DNA of 64,000 nt from Candidatus Woesebacteria bacterium RIFCSPHIGHO2_01_FULL_39_32. GTDB taxonomy: Bacteria; Patescibacteriota; Microgenomatia; UBA8517. The stretch spans positions 85,371-149,370 of the forward strand of contig MGGJ01000013.1 in NCBI GenBank assembly GCA_001792345.1. The letters are read 5' to 3'. Positions 19,302 to 27,036 of this stretch are shown in pieces; within the stretch, counting starts at the first letter, position 1; every line of letters starts with the position of its first letter. The notes beneath the pieces were generated by a model that did not search any database, was not told the origin of the DNA, and saw nothing but the letters and a program-made list of their open reading frames with translations. Both the position numbers and the translations under genes were made by a program.

Positions 19302-20105
19302 TTAAAACTTTCTCCAATTTTTATCTGCTCTGGTTCTATGGATTTTTTGAATCAACTCTTGTTGTCTGGAAATTCTTCTGGCGGTTTGAGTAACAGTTGA
19401 TATTTGCTCGGGATTTGCCTTACGAACAAAGTTATTAAACTGTTTAATCAGTTGGGTGAAAATAAGTTTTGCAACTTTCGATCGATTATAACTATATAGA
19501 ACAAAATCTTTATATAACCGTGCACGGTTCTGGTCTATTACTGGCTTCTTTACTCTGATGATTCGAATCATCGTAGTATCGACGCTTGGCAGTGGAACGA
19601 AATCATATCGGTTAAACTCCCAACAAACATTTATTTCAAACCATGGTTTTAAAAGTGTTGCCAGCATTTGGTTTTTAGAATCGTATGGCAGTCCGATAAA
19701 CTTTTTCGCTGCTTCTTTTTGAACAACTAAATACCCTTCTTGAAAATTATTATCCGAAGTAAGTTTCCTAATTACATCCGCGGTAATAACGAAAGGCATA
19801 TTTGCAAAAACTTTGTATGGATAAAGCGGCAACTTAAAGTTCGAAAACTTGTCGTGAACCAACTCTAAATTCTTGACATTTTTGAATTTTTCTTTAAGCT
19901 GAAGATAAAGCTTTGAATCAAGTTCAACCGCAATTACTTTTGCTGCTACTTTTAATAACTCTTGGGTAATAATTCCGCGGCCCGGACCGATTTCTAAAAC
20001 TGTATCTTTTTTGCCAATAGAAGATCTGCTGACAAGTTTAGTGATGAGCTTTCGGTTGAAGAGAAAGTTTTGTGAGTATAGCCTCTGCCTTTGTTTGTAC
20101 CTCAT
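19302..20105 (-). CDS. rsmA: rRNA adenine N6-dimethyltransferase (KsgA/RsmA-Erm family)
   Basis: SAM motif LEIGPGRGIITQEL, an N-terminal QNFL-like segment and NMPF (the NLPY equivalent). Confidence 0.75.
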   Translation of the reverse strand: MRYKQRQRLYSQNFLFNRKLITKLVSRSSIGKKDTVLEIGPGRGIITQELLKVAAKVIAVELDSKLYLQLKEKFKNVKNLELVHDKFSNFKLPLYPYKVFANMPFVITADVIRKLTSDNNFQEGYLVVQKEAAKKFIGLPYDSKNQMLATLLKPWFEINVCWEFNRYDFVPLPSVDTTMIRIIRVKKPVIDQNRARLYKDFVLYSYNRSKVAKLIFTQLIKQFNNFVRKANPEQISTVTQTARRISRQQELIQKIHRTRADKNWRKF

Positions 20106-20153
20106 TGTGGAACCCCCTTACAGTTACGGTTTATATTACAAATTTCCCTGGAG

Positions 20154-20744
20154 CTAATTTGAAGACAATTTTTCTTTGAATTCTTCATACGAATTATAAA
20201 CTTTTGCATTTATTCCCACTTCTTTTGCTACCTCAACATTTTTCGGATCGTCGTCCCAGTATTCTAAATCTTGAGGCTTTAAATTCAACTTATTTAAAAC
20301 CTTTTGAAAAAACTCAGGTTCTCCCTTGGTATAACCCAAATCAAAAGAAAAAAATCCTCCATCAAACTCATTTTTAAGTCCAAGTTTTTCCATTATATAC
20401 TTTCCTCTTTCTACCTCATTATCTGAAACCAGATATATTTTGTTTCCCATATTGCGTAAGTCCCTCACTACCCCTAGAACATTTTCGTCCAAAGTTCTCT
20501 CGCTATCAAACCAGTAATTTAAAAATTCTTCAACGCTTCCTTTCCATCTCCATTTTGAAAGATAGGCCGGCAAGACCTCCTTTATGGTCGTCTCTCCTCT
20601 GGCTGCCTTTTTATACTCTCCTTTGAAAAACGGAAGAATATCCTTCAAAGGAACTCCATGATCTTCTGAGTATCTTACACTGAAATATTTATGGCGCGGT
20701 CGAATTACGATTCCATCTAAATCCAATAAAATTATTTTCGACAT
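20154..20744 (-). CDS. HAD-superfamily hydrolase
   Basis: Motif I LLDLDGIV. Motif IV WDDDPKNV. Confidence 0.6.
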   Translation of the reverse strand: MSKIILLDLDGIVIRPRHKYFSVRYSEDHGVPLKDILPFFKGEYKKAARGETTIKEVLPAYLSKWRWKGSVEEFLNYWFDSERTLDENVLGVVRDLRNMGNKIYLVSDNEVERGKYIMEKLGLKNEFDGGFFSFDLGYTKGEPEFFQKVLNKLNLKPQDLEYWDDDPKNVEVAKEVGINAKVYNSYEEFKEKLSSN

Positions 20745-20787
20745 GGAGTTATTGTAACACGCTTTTCAGATGGTAAAATAACTTCTA

Positions 20788-21243
20788 GTGAAGATAATTA
20801 ACCCTTCGACTCTCAGGTCCCAAAAAAAGAGCACGCTCAGGGTTAATACTGAGCGAAGTCGAAGTATTAAAAAAGAATATCATATTTGGGTTCCACAATC
20901 CGAAGTTTGGAATGCTCTCGTTAACCCCGAAACAATCCAAAAATGGGGTGAGGGAAAAGCTAACATGAGCGAAAAAGTAGGTGTGAAATTTAGTCTTTGG
21001 GATGGCCAGATACATGGAACTAATTTGGAAGTAATACCTCAAAAAAAGTTGGTTCAGGAGTGGTATTCAAGTGACGATCCCGATCACGTAACAAAAGTTA
21101 CGTTTACCTTGACTCATAAAGACGGGTGCACTGCTTTATACCTGAAACACGAAGGTGTTCGTGAGAAAAATTACGACTCAATAGATAAAGGTTGGGATGA
21201 TTATTACTTAGGAGAAATTAAAAAATTACTGGAGAAAAAATAA
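20788..21243 (+). CDS. SRPBCC-fold protein, Activator-of-Hsp90-ATPase (AHSA1)-like
   Basis: Domain begins at EYHIWVPQSEVWNALVNPE. The first ~30 codons of the track ORF (GTG start) are encoded by a palindromic repeat element, so the true start is uncertain. Confidence 0.5.
   Translation: MKIINPSTLRSQKKSTLRVNTERSRSIKKEYHIWVPQSEVWNALVNPETIQKWGEGKANMSEKVGVKFSLWDGQIHGTNLEVIPQKKLVQEWYSSDDPDHVTKVTFTLTHKDGCTALYLKHEGVREKNYDSIDKGWDDYYLGEIKKLLEKK
20802..20864. repeat. Composite copy of a GC-rich palindromic element family (CCCTTCGACTCTCAGG ... CTGAGCGAAGTCGAAG)
   Basis: Inverted arms with a ~30-nt spacer. The 17-mer CTGAGCGAAGTCGAAG(G) recurs exactly at 24361-24377. Related copies lie at 7896-7921, 21963-21996, 22873-22900 and 42223-42243. 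Confidence 0.6.
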
Positions 21244-21245
21244 CT

Positions 21246-22331
21246 TCACAAATATTTCTGAAAAAACTCGACTGTGTTTTGCATCGCTTGGGAAAATGCT
21301 GAACCAGTTAAATTATGACCGCCCGAAGAATATTCATTCAATTCGTGCGGAATGCTAGTTTTATCTAATAAACTATCTAAATTTTTACTATATTCAATAC
21401 TCACAACGTTATCATTTACCGCATGGTTAAGTTGCACTGCTCCTTTTATATCCGAGAGATAATTTGTCGCAGGAACTTGTTTCCAAAACCAATGATCTGG
21501 ATTAAATGTGCCATAAGCATCACGAAGTTGCTGTCTTTTTTTAGCTCTTTCCGAATCAGGCGGTGGCGGCTGATAAGAAGTATCTTCTATCCGATACTCC
21601 TGTAAATCCTGGTATGTGTAGCCTGCGCCAGCCCAAATAACAACTGCAGGAATTTCTGGATTAGCTCCCAAAGCTCTAAAAACAACATTTCCTGCCATCG
21701 AATGGCCCCATAAACCAATTGCCCTTGGGTTTACAAAATCAGTATTTCTTAATGCGGCAATAGCGTTTAGTGTGTCAATAACATAATCGGACGAATAATA
21801 TCCTCCACCAGGTTCGCCTTCTGAATTCCCATGTCCGCGAAGGTCTATTTTAAAAACAACAAACCCGTTTTTTGCAAGATAGTCTACATAGGAATTGTAA
21901 TTTACAGTTGTTTGATAATTTTGGGGCGGAATGTAACCGTGTACGAAAATGATAGCTGGATACCTTCGACTATCACCCTGAGCGTTAGTCGAAGGGCTTT
22001 CCTTCGGTATAGTTAATAGCCCATAGACAGTCAGTCCATCAGAATCATAGCTAGTAACGTAAGAGGTATAAATTAGTGTTTCGTTTCCCTTTCGCATTTC
22101 TTCCAGATTACTTAGATAAGATCGTTTTCTTAAATAAGGAATAGTTAATTCTTGAAAAGCAAATGGAGTAGGTGTTGGCGAGGATAATGTTATTGCTTTA
22201 TTAACACCTTCTAAAACCGGCAGAATGACTTCTTTTTTATCACTCCGATTGAAAATGGCAAAGAAAAGAATTCCCAAACCAACTATTAGAATTAACAAAA
22301 TGGGTGTAAAACCTTGAATACTTTTTCTCAT
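21246..22331 (-). CDS. Membrane-anchored alpha/beta hydrolase (S9/dienelactone-hydrolase-like), paralog 1
   Basis: N-terminal TM. GxSxG nucleophile elbow GHSMAGNV. Acid and His likely near the C-terminus. Confidence 0.7.
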   Translation of the reverse strand: MRKSIQGFTPILLILIVGLGILFFAIFNRSDKKEVILPVLEGVNKAITLSSPTPTPFAFQELTIPYLRKRSYLSNLEEMRKGNETLIYTSYVTSYDSDGLTVYGLLTIPKESPSTNAQGDSRRYPAIIFVHGYIPPQNYQTTVNYNSYVDYLAKNGFVVFKIDLRGHGNSEGEPGGGYYSSDYVIDTLNAIAALRNTDFVNPRAIGLWGHSMAGNVVFRALGANPEIPAVVIWAGAGYTYQDLQEYRIEDTSYQPPPPDSERAKKRQQLRDAYGTFNPDHWFWKQVPATNYLSDIKGAVQLNHAVNDNVVSIEYSKNLDSLLDKTSIPHELNEYSSGGHNLTGSAFSQAMQNTVEFFQKYL

Positions 22332-22376
22332 TAATAAATACTACTAAATCCAATTTAATATTTGAAGTTTTGTAAG

Positions 22377-23468
22377 TTACTTAAGATTTTTGTTAAAAAA
22401 TTCAACAGATCGGGAAAGTGCAAGGGATAAGTTTTTACTAAGATTATGATCGTCACCCTCGTATATATAAAGTTCTACTTCTTTCCCTGCATCTTTCATT
22501 TGAGCTTCCAATGTTTTAGAGAATTCTAAGGGAACCGAAGTGTCTGCTGTTCCATGATGAAGCTGTAAAGGTCCAGAAATGTCGGCTAAATAAGAGTTGG
22601 GAGATATAGATTTCCAAAATTCTGGATTTTGATATGGATCTCCGTATTTTTCTATTAGTTCACGTCTCCATCTACCTCTCTGACTCATCGGGTTAATCGT
22701 GGGTGTTGGACCCAGTCTTTTCCTCCAGCGTTCAATCAAATCAGGGTAGCTCCCTACGACCCCTGCCCAGATGACACCGGCTTTAACATCCTTTGTAGTA
22801 ACCATTGCTTTTAGCGTAATCGAACCACCCATCGAATGTCCCCACATTCCAATCCGACTTGTGTCAACAAGTCGTCCTGAGCGACCTAAGGGAGTCGAAG
22901 GATCCTCCGAAAGGTCATTTAGCCTTTTAATAGAGGCGACGGCATTTAGTATGTCAATTGTATACGCATTTGATCCATAACCTCCTGTTGCATCTCCTTC
23001 AGAATTTCCATGCCCACGATAGTCGGATTTGAAAGTTACATAGCCTGCTCTGGCAAATGCATCCTGATACGCAACATATTTTTCGGTAGTTTTATAAATG
23101 GAAGGTGAAATGTAACCGTGATTGAAAATGATAGCTGGCCAACCTCCCACTGGCTGAGTTCCATTCGGTGCGGTTAATAAGCCATAAATTTTTAAGCCTT
23201 CGGATTTATATGAGGCAATATACCTTTTGTAGTTAGATCCTGCGCTTAGAGTTTGTTCGATAATAATATCGCTTCCTGGATATTCGCCTTCTCTGAGGGC
23301 TTGAATCGACAGTGGATGCGGCTCAACTTCTGGACCGCCTTCATTTTCTTGAACAACATTGTATATTATAGATTCCCTAACATCCTGATTTTTTGAAGAA
23401 TAAACATAAGCACTCACCCCCAATAAGATAAGAAGGAAAATTAGTACGAATTTGTTTTTTGTGACCAT
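22377..23468 (-). CDS. Membrane-anchored alpha/beta hydrolase, tandem paralog 2
   Basis: GHSMGGSIT. Colinear with paralog 1 along its length. Confidence 0.7.
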   Translation of the reverse strand: MVTKNKFVLIFLLILLGVSAYVYSSKNQDVRESIIYNVVQENEGGPEVEPHPLSIQALREGEYPGSDIIIEQTLSAGSNYKRYIASYKSEGLKIYGLLTAPNGTQPVGGWPAIIFNHGYISPSIYKTTEKYVAYQDAFARAGYVTFKSDYRGHGNSEGDATGGYGSNAYTIDILNAVASIKRLNDLSEDPSTPLGRSGRLVDTSRIGMWGHSMGGSITLKAMVTTKDVKAGVIWAGVVGSYPDLIERWRKRLGPTPTINPMSQRGRWRRELIEKYGDPYQNPEFWKSISPNSYLADISGPLQLHHGTADTSVPLEFSKTLEAQMKDAGKEVELYIYEGDDHNLSKNLSLALSRSVEFFNKNLK

Positions 23469-23487
23469 TGTTACATTTTACCCAAGG

Positions 23488-23550
23488 ATTTAAAAGTGTA
23501 AAGAAGGACGCACCAACTGGTGCGTCCCCCCTTGTGATAAGAAACAAACC
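23488..23550 (-). terminator. Hairpin terminator downstream of the CpxP-like gene
   Basis: GGACGCACC AACT GGTGCGTCC is a perfect 9-bp GC-rich stem. A T-rich tract follows on the minus strand. Confidence 0.45.
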
Positions 23551-24057
23551 TTAATTGTTTGTACCCATCATGTAACCTTTGTGGAATCCACGCATAAAGC
23601 CGCGACCGAAAGGTCCCAAAAGCGGTAGATCTATCCCCGGCCCTTCTGCCCAGGTTTTAAATTCATCATGAAGAGCATGCATCTTCTCATGTCTTTCTTC
23701 CACATTCAAATCTTTCCACTCTTCCATTTTGTTGTGCATCTCTTCGTGTTTATCTAAAATTACCTGCTTTTGTTCGGCTGTTATTTTCCCATCATTTACA
23801 AGATCGTCTAACCTTTCAGACCACCTTGCTTGCATTTCTGCATAATGTTCTTCTCTATCTTCTACAAAAACTGCCTGTACATCAGCCTCATTTAAATTAA
23901 ACTTCTCGGCAATCTTTTGAACAATCGATGGATAGTCGTCGGAATCTTGTGCCGAAGCAACCGAAACGCTTAATAATCCAACTAGAATTACTCCTAAAAC
24001 TAACATTGTGGGAAAAATTACTTTCTTTACCTTTTTACTCATATATCTCACCACCAA
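23551..24057 (-). CDS. Secreted helical protein, possibly CpxP/Spy-like periplasmic stress protein
   Basis: Signal peptide. An LTxxQ-like segment (ITAEQKQVI). Lies immediately downstream of the two-component system. Confidence 0.35.
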   Translation of the reverse strand: MVVRYMSKKVKKVIFPTMLVLGVILVGLLSVSVASAQDSDDYPSIVQKIAEKFNLNEADVQAVFVEDREEHYAEMQARWSERLDDLVNDGKITAEQKQVILDKHEEMHNKMEEWKDLNVEERHEKMHALHDEFKTWAEGPGIDLPLLGPFGRGFMRGFHKGYMMGTNN

Positions 24058-24106
24058 TCTAATTCTCTAATACCTTAACTAATAAACCTGAAAAAACGCT
24101 GAAGAA

Positions 24107-25177
24107 TCAGGCGGGAAGAATAACTTTAAATGTGGAACCTTTACCTACTTCGCTTTTAACTTTAATTTCTCCTTTGTGTACATCAACAATTGACTTAGCA
24201 ATTGAAAGGCCGAGGCCGTAGCCATCTATTTTGGCTTTACTTCTTGAAGAATCGGCTCTGTAAAAGCGATCGAAAATGTGAAGAATATCTTTTTCTGCAA
24301 TTCCAACTCCTTCATCTTTAACCTCGATCACAGCATTTTTTCTCAAACCCCTTAGTTGTCCTGAGCGAAGTCGAAGGACTCTTACTCTTACTTCTGATTT
24401 CTCTGGAGAATATTTAACTGCATTATTAATCAGAATTGAGATAAGTTCTACCAAACTTTGCGGGTTACCATTTACAACAACTTCTGACAAATCATCTTTA
24501 ATCGTAATCTTTTTCTCTACAGCCACCGGCATATTTCTTTCAATCGCTTGCCGAGAAGCTTCTACAAGATCAACCTCTTCCGTTAGTAAATTATTTCCGT
24601 TTGTTTCATAACGAGACAAAGATAAAAGGTTGTCTGTAAAATATTTCATTTTATCTACTTCGGCTAAATTACTTTTTAATAAGTCTTTTGCGTCTTTTAA
24701 AATTAATTTTTTGTCACGAAGAGCTACTTCTACCTCGGTTTTCATCGATGCTAAAGGTGTGCGAAGTTCGTGAGAAGCATCTGCAACAAATCTCTTTTGT
24801 TCTTCAACCATTACTTCAATAGGGGCAAGTGTCTTTCCAGCCAAAAAATATCCTGAAGTTCCAGCTAGAATTAAAATTCCTCCGTTTATTATTAATAGCT
24901 GTAAAGCAAACCTACGTTTGGCGAGATTTATAATTTCAATAAATTCCTCGGGAGGAAGTTCGTCCGGGTAAATTAAAAAGGGTAAAATTCGAAAAAATCC
25001 GTTTCGCTCTTGAACAACTATTCTTTGCTGTGCGGCGCCTCGAAGCGCCTGCATATGAAATCCACGCCCAAGTTCTTTCGTAAAACCTCGGTAAACAATC
25101 AGACTAAAAAACCCGCTTACTATCATAATAATAAGCAGGTACCAGAGAGTTAATTTAATTCGAGCGTTTTCAAACAT
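24107..25177 (-). CDS. Sensor histidine kinase (HisKA + HATPase_c)
   Basis: Two TM segments, H-box ASHELRTPLASM, and N, G1 (VKDEGVGI) and G2 boxes. Confidence 0.85.
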   Translation of the reverse strand: MFENARIKLTLWYLLIIMIVSGFFSLIVYRGFTKELGRGFHMQALRGAAQQRIVVQERNGFFRILPFLIYPDELPPEEFIEIINLAKRRFALQLLIINGGILILAGTSGYFLAGKTLAPIEVMVEEQKRFVADASHELRTPLASMKTEVEVALRDKKLILKDAKDLLKSNLAEVDKMKYFTDNLLSLSRYETNGNNLLTEEVDLVEASRQAIERNMPVAVEKKITIKDDLSEVVVNGNPQSLVELISILINNAVKYSPEKSEVRVRVLRLRSGQLRGLRKNAVIEVKDEGVGIAEKDILHIFDRFYRADSSRSKAKIDGYGLGLSIAKSIVDVHKGEIKVKSEVGKGSTFKVILPA

Positions 25178-25232
25178 GATTATTTATCTCAAAACGCAAA
25201 ACTCAAAGCTCAAACCCATATCTAAAAACTTA

Positions 25233-25925
25233 TTAACTTTTAACATTTGAGTTTTGACCTAATTTATATCCAAATCCCCTTACAGTATGAATTATTGGTT
25301 TTTCTTTTGGAAATACGTTGTCGATCTTTCTCCGTAAATAACCAACGTAAACTTCAACCGTATTCGGAAGCACGTCGGCATCATAATCCCAAACATGAGC
25401 AATGATTTGATCTTTAGTCATAATCTTTCCAGGGTTACGCATTAAGTATTCCAAAAGCGCAAACTCGCGCCGTGTAAGATTTACCGATTTTCCCACACGT
25501 TTTACTTCATACGCGGTAGTGTCTAATTCCAAATCACCTACCTTAAGTATAGTTTGCCCACCATTTACTGGCCTGCGCGTCAGCGCTCTAATTCTTGCCA
25601 AAAGTTCTTCGAATGCGAATGGTTTTACAAGATAATCGTCTGCCCCCGCATTTAGTCCATCAACCTTGTCAGATGTTTGTCCTTTTGCTGTAAGCATTAA
25701 AATCGGAGTATGATTTCTATCTTCGCGAAGTTTTTTACATAGCGTAACTCCATCCAGTCCGGGAAGCATTAGATCCAATATTATTACGTCGTACTCCTCG
25801 GCAGAAGCCATATCATATCCCTCGTTTCCATCATAGACCACGTCAACTGCGTACCCCTCTTGCTCCAATCCTTTTTTAACCGAGTTTGCAATCTTGTATT
25901 CATCTTCAACCACTAAAATCCTCAT
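25233..25925 (-). CDS. OmpR/PhoB-family response regulator
   Basis: Receiver domain (DVIILDLMLPGLDG) plus a winged-helix C-terminus (RGFGYKL). Confidence 0.9.
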   Translation of the reverse strand: MRILVVEDEYKIANSVKKGLEQEGYAVDVVYDGNEGYDMASAEEYDVIILDLMLPGLDGVTLCKKLREDRNHTPILMLTAKGQTSDKVDGLNAGADDYLVKPFAFEELLARIRALTRRPVNGGQTILKVGDLELDTTAYEVKRVGKSVNLTRREFALLEYLMRNPGKIMTKDQIIAHVWDYDADVLPNTVEVYVGYLRRKIDNVFPKEKPIIHTVRGFGYKLGQNSNVKS

Positions 25926-26010
25926 TATTCCAAATTATACTCCGGAAGCTGAGAATTAACTGAATATTTTTCTCAGCTAACTTTAAGAAAGAATATGATA
26001 TATTTATCTT

Positions 26011-26784
26011 TTGTGCATGAAAAATAAATTAGTAATTATCGTTTTGTTCTTGCTTCTTATTCCACCTTTTATAGTTTCCTACAAATTTATAGCATCCAAA
26101 AATACTGCCGGAGCGCCGCCTTATGCAATTGAAGATTTGGAACCACCCGAAACCGATCCTTATGCATGGCTTCGCGATTGGAAAAGACCAGATGGACCAC
26201 CCAAAGTGGGGTTACAAGTTGGACACTGGAAAAATAGTGAGCTTCCGGAGGAACTCGAACGATTAAGGGGTAACTCCGGATCCTCCGGCGGCGGGAAAGC
26301 AGAGTGGGAAGTAAATCTAGCTATTGCCAAAAGTACTGCTGAAATTTTAAAGGGGAAGAGAATTATAGTAGAAGTTCTTCCTGCAACCATACCTCCTCAA
26401 TTTTGGGCAGATGTTTTTGTTGCAATTCATGCGGATGGTTCAACTGATTCAACCAAATCGGGTTTCAAGGCTGCAAATCCTAGACGGGATTATACAGGAC
26501 GTGCTCCAAAGTTATTGGAATTAATTGAGGGAGAGTATGAATTATCAACTGGCTTTCAAAAAGATCCCAACGTTACTCGAAATATGCGAGGCTACTATGC
26601 TTTTGCCTGGTGGAGATACCAACATGCAGTTCACCCAATGACGGCTTCCGTAATTTTAGAAACGGGTTTTCTTACGAGTTCCTTAGACCGCAGAATTATT
26701 GTTAATAGACCGGAAATCTCGGCAGAGGGAATAGCAAATGGCATAGTTAGGTACCTTGAGTCGGAAAACCTACTAATGAATTAG
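26011..26784 (+). CDS. Putative N-acetylmuramoyl-L-alanine amidase (Amidase_3-like), membrane anchored
   Basis: N-terminal TM. VAIHADGS resembles the Amidase_3 Zn-binding region. Confidence 0.5.
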   Translation: MCMKNKLVIIVLFLLLIPPFIVSYKFIASKNTAGAPPYAIEDLEPPETDPYAWLRDWKRPDGPPKVGLQVGHWKNSELPEELERLRGNSGSSGGGKAEWEVNLAIAKSTAEILKGKRIIVEVLPATIPPQFWADVFVAIHADGSTDSTKSGFKAANPRRDYTGRAPKLLELIEGEYELSTGFQKDPNVTRNMRGYYAFAWWRYQHAVHPMTASVILETGFLTSSLDRRIIVNRPEISAEGIANGIVRYLESENLLMN

Positions 26785-26790
26785 AGTAGA

Positions 26791-27036
26791 TTATTCTTCT
26801 TTGGGGATTATTATCCAGCAGAGAACATATGGAATAATTCCTGGAAGCCCGCCGGGAATGAGAAGAAAAATCCAAATAACTCTAATTACAACTGGATCAA
26901 CGTTAAAATAATTCCCAATCCCCACACAAACTCCCGCTAAGACTTTTCCCTTTTTCGATCTAACCAACCTTTTGATTTCTTTCTTCACCGCAATTTGATC
27001 TATTTTACCACAAATTATAATCTGAGAGGTACCCAT
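26791..27036 (-). CDS. PspC-domain membrane protein
   Basis: KGKVLAGVCVGIGNYFNVDPVVIRVIWIFL matches the PspC domain consensus. A TM segment follows. Confidence 0.6.
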   Translation of the reverse strand: MGTSQIIICGKIDQIAVKKEIKRLVRSKKGKVLAGVCVGIGNYFNVDPVVIRVIWIFLLIPGGLPGIIPYVLCWIIIPKEE

